From Moniliella sp. 'wahieum' (taxonomy: Eukaryota): a DNA stretch of 64,000 bases. A program made the position numbers and the translations under genes. Positions 12,403-24,890 of the stretch are shown one piece after another. Within the stretch, counting starts at the first letter, position 1; every line of letters begins with the position of its first letter. The notes under the pieces were generated by a model. That model was not told the DNA's origin and searched no databases. It saw only the letters and a program-made list of their open reading frames with translations. The DNA lies in the NCBI GenBank assembly GCA_003971905.1, contig RSEE01000010.1, positions 434,001 through 498,000 of the forward strand, given 5' to 3'.

Positions 12403-14825
12403 ATGGTCGAGCGCCCGCCTGCATCACGTGCCGATTCACCGAAGCCAGCTATAAACCCTTTTGCGTCCATACTAATACCACATACTTCTACGCGGAGATT
12501 GCATGCGCCCCCTCTTTCACCATCACCACCACCGCCTGCAGTAGCAGCTTCTGTGTCGTTGGCATTTGCAAGAAAGCACCACCAGGTCAATGCCCTCCTT
12601 CCTCCCATTCCCCTCCAGCACTCCACCCACCTCAGCTTGGGCCGAGCACCCTCCGAGCCTGTCGTCAGTCCCCGCCGCGCCTGAGACTGTCGCCAACGCC
12701 ACACGCACCTGGTCCCCACGCCCCTCGCCCCTTCCCGACTGGTTCACACTATCGGCTGATTCGCCCCCCTACATCCCCAGGACAAACCCCACACCTTCCT
12801 TTATTTCCCCAGAGACCATCACCAGCAGCGCCCAGCCCTGGAGCGGGCCCATCATCACCTCAGACATGGGCATTCAGGCTTTCAATCCGCTTGCCCATCA
12901 TGGCCGCTTCCTCTGTGACAATCCACCATCTCTCACCCACACTCCATCTCCATTGAATGAAGGACCTCGTATGAGCAATCGCCTTGCTCCCCAATATCCA
13001 TTCCCCGCCTCTCCCAGTACCGTCACCTCCGCCAGGCCCTCCCCCTCCCTCCAGCCGTCACCAACGGTATTCAGCCCTCATTCCTCCTTTTTCTCTCCCG
13101 AGGTGCGTTAGAACCACATGGGTCCCGTTAACCAGAACCGGCTCCGTTTTGACGGAATTTACTCACTTTTTCATTCTGAATGCTATAGCCATCCTTATCA
13201 GCGTCAATTGATTTCGCGGTGCCACAGGAACCGCTTGACTACGACTATAAGCGGCATGTGTTGACCACAGGGGTGAACCTGTCTCATTCGAGCGCAATGC
13301 CGTTTCCTAACTTGGTATGTCACGCTGTGGGTCTCCTTTGATAATAGTCCTTTTGGCTTACCGTGTCATCTCATCATGGTGCAGAACACATCCAACAAAA
13401 ATGATGCGTTCACAGAGGAACAATTGCAAATGCTGGCAAATGTGCTGGAGACAATGCGAAACAAAGTGGACGAACAGGAACGGATGCTTTCCAAGTTTGA
13501 CGTGGTCCTACATCAAGTACGGTCTAACGCAATGCACCGCCTACGTCTTTGCCATGTTAATGAGCTTGATGGCAGTGGGAATGACGGTGTTCCTACCAAA
13601 CACGCTTCCTTTTGGGTACGACAAATCTTCTCCAACGAGGAGCATCCCCGTGCATCGTTGCATGCGTCGTGTTTGATGCAAACCCAACTTTGTGGGCTCC
13701 TTTGGTGCGCAAGCAAGAGATTGTGGAGGCTGTTCGCACGTACATAATGCCGCTCAGTACGCACCAACACGGCAACTGGTTGGTCCAGAAGGCGATCAAG
13801 TCCAATCCAGCGCTCGTTACTTCTCTCTTGGGGCGTTGCACAGCCTTGGCTTTGAGCGACTTTGGCTACCATGTGCTGGTGTGGGTGATTAAGGCCACGT
13901 GCGAATCGTTTGCCCGAATGGTGGTGGACGAGATGCTTTCTCACAACGTATACGAAACATTTCGCACCAAGAGCTCAATTCACGTATGGCAACAAGCACT
14001 GGAGGTCAACTGGGTCGAGGAGCCCGACTATCGCCAACGAATGATTAATCAACTCAACCAGGCCATCCGTGGACGCTGGGCGGACATTGCTAGGTCCGAA
14101 TGGGGGTCTATCTTACTTCAGTCCTGGTTTGAGTCAGCAGAGTCAACGGAGAAGGAGGAGGCGATTGGAGAACTGTTGGCCGCATCGCCTGCCTTGCTCA
14201 TTCATCCCCGTGCGGTATGGGTGATGGAGCACATACTCAAGCTTGGTTCGCCCGAGCACAAGGCCAAGGTACTCGACTGCATTGTGCAGCATGCAGTTTT
14301 GGTCACCCAGTCTCAGTACGGACACAAGGTAATTGCCGAGGCACTCCACAAGGGAGACAAGCCCTTCATATCTCGCTATGCCCTTGCCATTTGTGCTCCT
14401 TCTTCCTTGACTGCGCTCGCCTCTACTTCGTCACACTCCTCATTGGGCTTGACGTCGCAACCTCTGTCCCCGGCAGCCCAGATGGATCTTAATCTAGTTG
14501 GAGGCGGCGGCACCAGTCGCCAGCCAGCATTGATCAACTTAGCGTTACGGGACTCGGGAGGAAATATGGTCATGACGCTCTTGTCTAAGTGCGATTCGGC
14601 GGCCCGGGACGCTGTATTGCGTACGGTAGCTCGCAACTCGACCGTTCTCAAGGGGGACCCAAATGGAAGCCGGGTGGAGAAGATGTGCCGTATGTGAAAG
14701 AACCTGATGGGGAGTATGTGTGGGAGGGGGGGTTGAGACTAGATGAAGGCAAGGTTGGCTGCTGACTTATGGTTATGGACAAAACAGAGCGGGCTCGAAC
14801 CTCCAACGCCATGAGTTCTTCCTAA
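12403..14825 (+). CDS. Pumilio/PUF-repeat protein, resembling the fungal Mcp2-type PUF subfamily; Pro/Ser-rich N-terminus; several introns
   Basis: Repeats LSTHQHGNWLVQK, LALSDFGYHVLVW, IHVWQQALEVNW, LNQAIRGRWADIARSEWGSILLQSW, VTQSQYGHKVIAE, RQPALINLA, VLKGDPNGSRV. Last intron 14688-14787 gives stop at 14823-14825. Confidence 0.7.
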
Positions 14826-15527
14826 TCATCCCGTTATTGACAAGCGTTTCGCGTTTGTACCGGCTTCTCCTTAATTTGCTAATGAGGCAACCCGTTCTTT
14901 CCCTGTTCTTCCCCATCCCGTATCTTTCTTAGTCTGCCGATTCACCCTGGTTGGTGGGGCTTTTGATGGTCCGTTCTTATTTGTCCCAGTGCTTGTTGCC
15001 TCTGGCACAGTGCGGCGGTGTCGCCCACCATGTTTATATTTCGCCGTCCACAACAATACACATTCACAGACACACGCTGTAGCACGTTATGCACGTTATG
15101 CCTTTGACTACATGACCTACCCTTCCTGACCTGGCGGATGGAGCCGATCGTGAATACGATTTAGTATAATATAAGGCAAAGGACTCAGTCGTCGCAATTC
15201 CACCAAAACATAAACCTCGATCAAGATGGCACGTCGCAAGTTGTGCGTGGGGGCGTATGGAGACGTGCACAGTCGTAAAAAGAAGGAACCGCCTCCATCA
15301 CTTTAGTACATGCACACACACAGAGACGGCGAAGAAGAATATGAATATATGGACGGGGGAACAGGCACAAACGAGGGTGCAGAGGTGTGTATGGGGGGGG
15401 GGTACAAAAGATGAGGGGCTGAGAGTCAAAGGGGTGACTCACGATGTTTTGTCGTGCTGTTGACCAGAGAGAGAATCGGAGAATGAGGAGGCCCACTACG
15501 AGTGTGTGGGTAGAGGGGATTGTTGTG

Positions 15528-18500
15528 TTAAACTCCAGGCTTAGTAACGCTCCGTCCGCCACACAAAGGTGCCAATGCAAGTACATGGTTGAACGCCGTA
15601 TCACGGCTGGACGAGTCGGGGAATGTTAAAGTCACTCCTTGGCCACGAGAAGGGTCAAGTTGGGCTGGAGCAATTCGGTCTTTTGAACGCGTGGGAAGCG
15701 GAGACGCGTACGCAGGGTTGCGCAAGTGGATGTACAGTTGGGCCTGGGGCAGCTTGGCCAGCACCTGGATTCGATCCAAGGATACATCCAAAACAGATTG
15801 TTGGTCCTGAGTGGAAGGAGGAAGAGTCGTGGGGTCGGCGAACTCATTCATCGCAGCATTAGCCACTTGGGAAAAATTGAGCCGAGATGGGGAAACAACG
15901 AGCAGAAGTGGGGTACTATCCACTTGAATGGCGTATGTGCCTTGGGCCAACCAAGTCGACTGGCCCAAACACTGCTGTGCCAAACGGGCAATTGGCTCAT
16001 AGATTATACCGGCAGCCAATGCGCTCGGGCTGGAAGTTGAGGCAGTCGTGACTGAGGAGGCACGTTGACGGATGAATTCCATAGCCAGCTCCGTGTCGTC
16101 AGGAGCAGCCAGGATGCGCAGAATGGTGCGCCCACCCTTGCCTCCAAGGCCTAGCTTGGAGCGGACGGGTGCGCTGAAGAAGAGCATCGCTAATAGGAAC
16201 GAGACCCAGTGCAAGCCAAGGGCAAGCAGGGCAACCCATCCTAGCAGGATCAACGCGACTGCTCTCCGGCTGGCCCCGGGTGCGCGCCAAAAGATCACAT
16301 TGCCCATTTGCTCGTGTAAACGGATCAGACTTGTCGCCCAGGCAGCAGCGTCAGGATCGTAGAAAGAAAGATCAGTGCCGCCTGTGGAAGACCCATGGCT
16401 ATCCAACCTCCCCGCTTGAGGGTGAAGACCAAGCGAGGCAGAGCCAACCTGACGCAGCGCCGTCATGTCTTGGCTGTACGTCGACAGACTACCGCGTGCC
16501 ATGATGACGAGGAATCCGCCAATAAAGACTGGCGCCACGACCCCATACTTCCAAGCCAGCAGCCACACCTGACACACGACAGGCCGTCAAGTTAGTACAT
16601 GCGTCCTTCTTCTTCACCCAATCGGGAAACAATCAAAGGGAGACGTACCAAAAAAACCAAAGTAATGTAGCGATGCTGTCCCATCTGTAGACCGCGCCCA
16701 ATGTATCATCAAGGGCGGTAAGGATAGGGCGATAGCAGCGTAGAGCCTCAAGAGGCCAGCGTGCCCAAATCCCGTTCCTGCCATCCCCATTGTGCCTTGT
16801 GATTTGTAGATGACGGTCGGGAATGGATGCTGCTCTTCGAGCTCGATGAAGGAAACGAGTAATCGTTGTCCTGTGAGCTCGAAATCCAAGCGCTCTGGAA
16901 CCGTTGGGGGTTGTGGCGGTCTCGGCTCAGTTCGGGGGCCTGGCGCCAAGCGGGTTGGAGTAGTAGCTGACATGAGCGAGATTAGCGTAGTGACGAAAGC
17001 CATAATGTACCCAGCCACGTTAAACACCTTTCTTCCATCATGCTGAGTCATTGTCCACTGTTCTTCGTTGGAAGCTGATCCAGAAAGACGATTTCCTCTG
17101 ATGATTCGTAGGATTAGCAATACTCTCTCCTTGGCTTGCGTAAAAAAGAGCCTCCTCGGCCACCTGAGAAGTATCCACGGCGGTACAGTGAGCAACGCGC
17201 GGGCAGTGTGGATGTTCTTGCCCCACGACATAAGATACCGCACCACCATTAGATCCGACCATGTCGTCTGGTTCAGCACGTCGGCCGTAGCAGCTTCCTT
17301 GGAACGTGCAGACGATGCCGGCGTGGTCCTCCTTGGGGTCGGCAAGGGACGTCAAGGCAGACAGGGTCGCAGATGCAGCAGCGACGCCGCCCCAAAATCG
17401 GTCGCAAGCCTCGAGCTGTGATGCCCCTGTTGCTCCATTCCATCCGGGGGATTCGTGCGGTCCGACAAAGACTCCAAACTTTCACTAATCAGGGCATCAC
17501 TGCCCCGAGCTGACGAATGAGTCGAATCGGGCGTGAACTAATGCTAGCTGGTGCCTTGGTAAAGTCGAGATGGGGGGACTGGTACACGTTCGTCTTAAAT
17601 GCCGAATCAGCTGGCCCACTGGACCATGGAGAACGATGACGCAACTGCTGTGTAGTGGAAGCGGTGGCCTCTGGTTCAGGAGAAGCTGCGAGAGCCCGAG
17701 GGGTGACAGCACCACTTTCCTCCTCTCCCGAAGCGTTAGGATGGGGAGGTACCCCATCGTCTGTTGATGCGGTCGAATCAGTTTCGTTAACTGTAAAGCA
17801 CTGCAAGCTGTGGAGGCTTCCAGAACCCGCCGAGCCTGAGCCAGAACCAGACCCAGAACCAGAAACAGAACCAGAAACAGAGCCAGATCCTTTCGCTGAA
17901 TTGGATCCCCACTTTCCCGAATTAGCCGATGAGGTAGAGCCAGGCCGTGATCCTGAGGAATTGCGAGATGATAAAGATGCGTTGGGGGAAGTCATGGCAG
18001 GGGGTGACTTGGATGTTGATTTCCCACCATGGCTTGGACGTGAAAAGAGGTCAGTTTTCGTGGAGTCCGCGGGTGAATCATTGGAAGACACGGGCGCAGG
18101 GGAAGGGACTGTGCTGGCCTTTTCACGCAATGTGACTGAGACCGTTGAGATTCCCGCCAAGATGGCATTACGGCTTCCAGAACGAGAACTAGGGCGCTGC
18201 GATTTCTTGCGGGATGGGCGGGTACTAGGTTGTGCAGGAGGCACAACTCCAGGGATTGGCTGGAGCCGGGACTGTTGACCACCTTCAGAGGGTGCTGAAG
18301 GTGGGGGGGGTACAGGCGATCCGACAACACTAGCGCTTGCGTTGGGTCCAATCGAGCTAGCAGCCGCTGTGCTACTGAAGCTGCCCCTGCGGGCCACCAT
18401 GCCCGACGCGTCCCCCAGACTTTCCGCGCCAGATGACGCTCGTGGCCGAGAGTGGCGAAGCGGGGGGAGAGGTTCAGCAGAGCTGTCCCCAGATGAGGCA

Positions 18501-19662
18501 GAAGGGGCACTTCCCGAGTTGGAAGGATCATTGTCCAAAAAGACACCTGGAAGACCGACTGCATCAGTCGTTGGTGTATGGAGCGACGCATCTCGAGTTT
18601 TTTCTGCAGCACTCGCATATGGTGCGATACTGCGTGCATTCGACTTGTTGGGGCCTAATTCAGGGGCCTCCCTAGCTGGAAAGGCTGTGAAATGCTGAGA
18701 GGCCATTCCGGAGTCGCTCACGTATTGCCGAACAGGACTGGAGGACCCACGGGCTAAGAGTTCCCTGGGGGCTGTACCTTTGGTCGCAAGCGCATCTGAG
18801 TTGGGCGCAGCAAACGACGGTACCGCTGACTTGTTTCCCATATTAGAATTGGGCCCGGGAGGGAGATAAGCGGATGAGTTGGAGACGGATTTAGCCCGAG
18901 AAAGGGTTGCAGTACTGGATGCCTTAACACCAGAGGAGGACGATGTACCAGACTGGGGCCGAGTGTGGGGAAGACTTTGGTTTGATGCGGGCGAGGAGGC
19001 AAGGCGGACCGAGTCGGCGATTGATTGAGGACGGGATGACGTGCCCGAAACGCGCGAGTCTTCCGAGGGCGAACCAGGAAGCGGGGGGGGTGAGAGTCGA
19101 CAAGCGACTCCCGCGAAGGAGACCCATTCCAATCGGTCGAATAACTGTGGAGGCTCTCCGCGATCGGGGTTAAACCAGTGCGGAGGTAGGCTTCCTGCCA
19201 CGAGTCAGGCCACTCATCTAACCCGCCAGGAGGGCGGCCAGAAAGGCCATGACGGCTGGAGGTGCGCATCATTATGCGTTCCATGTTGTCCCATACATCC
19301 TCGCCCTCATCGCTGGAATCGGACGAGCTGGGATCATCGCCCTCATGAGGATGGCCATACCGGTTGAGAGAGCCGATCCAGGCGGAGGAATCATAATGCT
19401 CCAAGGGGGAATCGTCGGCGCCAAGATAGCGTCCGTAGCTGTCTTCGGTGCTGGGGGTGCTGGAGGCAGAAGAGGCGTCGGGTGTGGAGTGCTGAGGCGC
19501 CGGTTGGGCTGGAAGCGCAGCGGGCGCTGGCTCGGTGGTGGAGGAGGGTGGGGCGCCGCGTGAGGACGGAGGCGCAGGCGCAGGCAGGGCAGAGGGGAGG
19601 GGAGGGAGCGCGTGCAGCACCGCGTGCTGCTCCTCCGGCGGCAGCGTGGACGGGGCAGCCAT
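15528..19662 (-). CDS. Large hypothetical protein: long Ser/Pro-rich disordered N-terminus, central hydrophobic helices, C-terminal PH/GRAM-like region (several frameshifts)
   Basis: Four successive minus-strand ORFs (18754-19662, 17489-19201, 16614-17345, 15528-16577) abut or overlap. TM-like ALILLGWVALLALGLHWVSFLLAMLFFS; C-terminal LDVSLDRIQVLAK...LTFPDSSSRDTAFNHVLAL. Confidence 0.55.
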
Positions 19663-20654
19663 GGCGACGGGGGGAGGGTGGTGGGTCGCGAGGTGGGGTT
19701 GGCGCCCAGAGCGTCTCTTAGCGGCGGCGTGTGCGTGTGGGGCACAGCAACACGGCGGGCGCGACTGGCGCCGTGCCGGAGAAGGAAGCGGTCTGTGGGG
19801 TTGCGTGGGGGCAGCCAGGGGTTGTCACCGGGGGTGGTGGCTACGATGGGTGAGTGCCTGTGAATGTCGCAGTGGTGCACGCGACACTGGCCCTGTGCTG
19901 CCCATGCAGGCACCCGCACGGTGCATGTGGAGCAGAAGGCGAGCGAGCGAAAACGCACACTCGCCGGACATGGCCCTGAGCGCGAGCGTATTAACAAACC
20001 AGCTGCTAGCTCTGAGTATCTCCTGACTACATCCTGCGGGCCCAGTAGCTGGCGATGCGGGAGATGGGGGGATGGAGATGGAATTCCACAGCTAACAAAA
20101 AGCGCTACCGATGGGCCGTGATGTATAACAGGCTCCGGGCTCGGAGGCCAAGAGTGGAAGCCGTGGAACGTCTGGGATGCACTGCCCCCATGCACTGTGT
20201 GTATCGGGTCACGTGCAACTGAAGCTTGAAGGCCGATGGACTCTGGACCACTGGTGGTCAGCACAGGACTTACTCAGTGAACAGTCGGGGCTAATAAGCG
20301 AGGGAGATCAAGCTTCAAGGTCCTCTGTCTTCCAGAGACGGGGAAATGGCAAGATTGTGGGAGGAAACAAGACGCATCATCAGGCCTCTCAGGCCCTCAG
20401 GCAGGGAAGGAAAAAGCAAAGGGAAGGGGAAGAGCGAGATCAAGGCGACCATCGATCACAAGGTATGCCCAGAATTGGTACTTTTTGGAGCGAGCATATT
20501 CCATCAAGCCCCTTTTAGGTCTGAGCTCAGAACTCAGTCTGAGTACTGAGACTCAGTATCAGTGTAACAATGGGGGTGTAACATGTAAGCTCTAAGTTGG
20601 AGAGCAGTGTCATGCTCATGCATCATGCATCAAGCCAGTGCACCACTGTTGTTC

Positions 20655-20686
20655 CTGACTGGGCCGTAGGCCCGGTGGTCCTCTAG
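20655..20686 (+). mobile_element. Helitron-like 3' terminus (GC hairpin followed by CTAG|T)
   Basis: CTGACTGGGCCGTAGGCCCGGTGGTCCTCTAG followed by T; near-identical to 28351-28376. Confidence 0.6.
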
Positions 20687-20854
20687 TTTTTAACCCATTG
20701 ATCACTGGCGTTAAACGTTATCGATATAAGCCAAGACACGGGGAAGGCAGAACTGTGTGCATATTACAACGTTCCGCAACTGGCGAGCTCTCTCTGGACC
20801 CACCGCGCCTCGGTCTCCTCATCCATCCTTTTCGGTCCCTCTGAGACCCACTCA

Positions 20855-22250
20855 CTACACATGGACTAGCGTCGGGAGCTTACAAGAGGCTATATATATG
20901 TGACGGTTCCCTTCTCTCTCTGCGCCCCATATGTCCTTAACCTGCCATATGAGATCTAAGAAAAGCCCATCATAGTGATGCAAGTGATGTGACGCCACAC
21001 TGGTGTTGTGGCGCCGGTAGCCCAAGTCCGAAACCCTCGAGATCATTCCGTGCAATATTCTTTCCTGGCGAGCAGGAATATTCTCTAGCCTTTGTAGCTC
21101 ATGTGCAATACAATACACTACCTGCCACCTGCTCTCTGGTCTATAACAAGCGATCCTTGCGTTATAGCACAGGCAGCCACATAATTTAAAAGTGCTCTCT
21201 GGGGACGACCTCCTCGTCCTCCCAAGTGGAACGCTCAGCGCATACTACCCCTTATTATGCTTTACCAGAGGCCCTTCCCCATTCCCGGAGGGAATGCCCT
21301 GATGTGAAGAAGAGGCTATATGCGTGTACACTCTCAAAATTGTGAGACGTACTAGATGGATAGTTAGCCCAGGTCTCCCTGTCCTTTTCTCATCCCTCTG
21401 GTCGAGTCGCGACCACCACCCGGTGCTCGTGGCACCATCCGATACTTCTCCTTACCCCTTTTATCAAAATGGTCTGATAACCCACTGCAATGGCTGAGAG
21501 TATTCCTATTGAGTAACATCCCGACGCAGCAATACCGGGCCCTATATATTCCCCGGGGCCCAAAAGATACGACCAGATTTTTTCTATATCCCTCTAAGGT
21601 TAACTGTCATTTGCTCGCATATGATGGTGTCATGAGGAATGTTCCCCTCGTTGAAGACAAATGACGTCGATAAAGGCTATCTTGACTTGAAAGTGTTTTG
21701 AAATAGGTCGTGGGTCTTTGCCCAAATTGTATTAGCACCACCTATAATGTACTCACCTGGTAACTGATGTGCTTGTGTGTCTTATCGAAATATGTTCATC
21801 GATCGTCGTTTTGAAGCGTTCATAGCATGTGTTGAACCTTAGGGACAAAACGAGGCGCTACAATCCCTAAGGAACTTGTCATTCGGTTGTCTCCTGTTAG
21901 CCCGTGGCAACCAACAATCAGGAAGCCACAGTGATTCCACCAAAGCAACAGGTTATATGACTTTCTGACACTCACTATTGGCTTCCAACTAAACTGGATG
22001 TAGCGCAAGAGATCAAACTACAAACGAGCGGGTTAAAGGACTGATGGGAGCGCGGATGAGCGATGAACTCCTCGAAGAACCCCCGTGACGGGATTGCAGG
22101 CTTCCCGGGTGGAGACTTTCCCTACTTATAGGAGACAAAAAACTCTTGGAGGACTGAACGCGTTTCATATCATCAAAGTGACAGTACTCCAGCGAAACGA
22201 AGGAGGGTTGCGACCGTGACTTGCTATAGTACTAGTCGGGAAATTAGCTT
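20855..22250 (-). pseudogene. Possible degenerate spliced gene or element relic of unknown type
   Basis: AT-richer block with minus-strand splice signals (GTAAG at 21455, CTAAC at ~21365, TAG at 21352; GTGAGT at 21756) but only short, stop-interrupted frames. Confidence 0.25.
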
Positions 22251-22956
22251 AGAGCTTTTTGCGCATCATAGAGAGCGGGCATGAAGGGAGATTAGGGAAG
22301 CTCCTATGGGCGAAAAGGGCAAGCGAGCTGTTTGAAACCAGGTTCTTCTACAGAAGAGAGTTGGAAAGGGGGGAGAGGAATAGTGTTGGGTGACTTGGTC
22401 TTTTCGCAATTGTGAGATCAAGGAACAGGCAATTTTTTTAGATTAAATATATATATAGGGGACAACAAGACTAAAGATGTGGGCTAAATAGGGAAGGAGA
22501 GAAGAGCAAGGGGGGGATGAGTCCAAGGGAACTGGGAGAGAAGAATGGAGAACAAATACACGAGACAGGAGAGAACGAGCCGAGGGTCACGATGGGAAAA
22601 GGACCCCAGAGGCAATAAGTGAGTCGAGACATTGAGCACAAAACATGTGTGCACACACAGCTTTGAGAAATGTGAGTTGTTGTCAAAAAGACGAGAGAAG
22701 GAGAGGAGAACAAACTGAAAAAATCAGAGAGAGCAGAATAGACAGACTGAGGAGAATAAAAATGGTTCCCATCAAGACAGCAAGAGGCGGGTAGTGATGT
22801 TGAGAAGAGGAGAGAAACCGAGAAGGGTAAGAAAAGAAGAGCGAAGGTGGCTTCACTCCGTGGGGTCCCCACATAGATGTTGGCCCATGACACCAACACC
22901 TCCCATGATACTTTCCAGTCAGTTCCTTCAATATCTTGTGGGCAATCTTGGGCGCT

Positions 22957-22994
22957 GCGTTTTTCTTTTATCCCAGCCTTAAGCTCTCTCAATG
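22957..22994 (+). repeat. Copy of the ~35-bp retroelement 3'-terminal motif
   Basis: GCGTTTTTCTTTTATCCCAGCCTTAAGCTCTCTCAATG matches the reverse complement of 61387-61421 and 60485-60534. Confidence 0.6.
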
Positions 22995-23278
22995 ATATGG
23001 TTGCAGAATAGAGATGTGCGTTACGAAGCGGATGGGTGAAATAGTGTTAGTTGGGCTTCCTACAACAAAACGGGTAGTTTTTAATCAATTTCTGTCGCTG
23101 ATCCCCTGCAGTAGCAACAAAAGACCACCATGTCACCAAACTAGCTTACCATGTAACTACGGATATGCCACTTGTCGTGTGCCAGATGTCACGCGGTCAC
23201 GTCTCATTGATGATCGTTAAAATGCACTCAAAAAGGTATCATATAAAAAAGGATACAGGAGGAGTCATCTCAAAGAGG

Positions 23279-24890
23279 TTACGTCTCCTTGTGGCCCCAC
23301 TTGCACTGGAAGGGGTGACCCACAGTGCCGTCTGAGTAGCCTTGCTTGATGCTCTCGGCTGCAGCGTACATACCAGCACCCAGGATGACAAAACCCATCA
23401 GGATGATCAAGGCGTTGACGGTGCACAAGATAATGTTTTTCTTGCTTGCGTTCCACTTGCCCTCCTTGAGCAAGATAAAGTACATTACTGGAATCAGAAC
23501 AGAGTTAGTACGTGCATTAACGAGAGACGGAACCAGGCGGGACGTACGGGCTGGGAGGTAAAGAGAAGGCCGAGATCAGGAAACTTGAGATGACGGAGAG
23601 AAGAGATGAGAAGAATGGAATAGCTTCGGCCTACAAATGGACTCATTAGTATCAAAGCTGCGAAGAGAGGAGTTGGGTACGTACAATGACCCACGAGATG
23701 ACAGTGAGGATGGCACACAGTCCGACCCAAGCACCCATGCCGAGGGGAGTGTTCATGTAACGGTGAGGAGTGTTCTTAAAGACACGAACGTGAATGTAGC
23801 GAGCGGCCGTGGTGGTGTTGATCGAACCAGAAATGAAGATGACAGGAATAGCAACACCAAATGCAACACGCGAGACCGTGTGGCCGGCTGAAAGAAGGGC
23901 AGGGGATTGGACTTCATTGCCGACAAATACGTATACAATCGCACCCGTAAGAGTGTAGATCAAAATCTCGGCGATACCAAGGGCCCAAATCGACCTCATG
24001 TACTGCTTGGGCTTCCGCATCTCAGCTTGGAAACTAGGCTGGCAAACAGCAAACGAGAACGCAAAGACGATGTCGGTGACGGAATTGAAGGCTTCCGAGA
24101 AACTCGTGCCAGGAGGGGCGGTAGAATGCCAGTCGACGCCGTCGAGGCCACCTGGGCTGTTGTGCGCGCGAATGCCAGTAGCAATCATGGTGATCAAGAT
24201 AGCGGTAATGATACTAACGAAGTCGATGATCCCTAGCAGGGAAACCTTCTCGAAGGTGGTTGGAAGTGCGAGAACGAACTAGTAGACAAGTCCAGGGTTA
24301 GCGCGGGTCCAGTCGTGAATGACACCAACAGGAGCGTAACATACCAAGACCACCGCGGACACGACCGACCACACCAACTTGCAAGCGCGACCATCGGCAA
24401 TGGTCGACAACGCAATCGAACCCGTCAGGGCGTGAGAGCCCGTGATAAGGATAAGGAAGAGCACGAACGCACCCCCGACAATCTCACCGCCCCACTTGCC
24501 CCACATGAGGTAGCCAATGTCGGAGTAGTGCAAGACCTCGATGTCCCACTCCTTGTTGCATACTTGTCCCACAAGATAGGAGGTGTAGATGGTGATCAGG
24601 CCGATGGACACTGTGAGAATGACGCCAGCAGGCAACCCAACCTGAGCAAAGGCACCTGGTAGAGAAAGAGCACCCAATGCGATGGCAGTCACAATAAGTA
24701 GAAGGGCCATGCGGAACCAAGAAACAGTCTTGAGGTTGGTCTCCTCGCCATTGTAATCGCCTGACGAAACGACGCCGTTGTTGTAGTCCTCCGAAAGCTG
24801 CTTCTCATCCTTCAATGAATTGTAGGATGGGTCGTCACGAGTGGTGGATGGGTCATGCTCGATCGGAGCGCTGTAGACCGTGTCGGCCAT
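23279..24890 (-). CDS. mtr: Neutral amino-acid permease (Aa_trans/AAAP family, Mtr-like), ~3 introns
   Basis: VSWFRMALLLIVTAIALGALSLPGAFAQVG, HYSDIGYLMWGKWG, DIVFAFSFAVCQPSFQAEMRKP, VQSPALLSAG, AIPVIFISGSIN; about 11 TM segments. Confidence 0.88.

Noticed and set aside
22471..22992. 173-aa Phe/Ser/Leu-rich minus-strand ORF
   Set aside because: Product of a purine-skewed low-complexity tract; its apparent N-terminus is just the repeat terminus.
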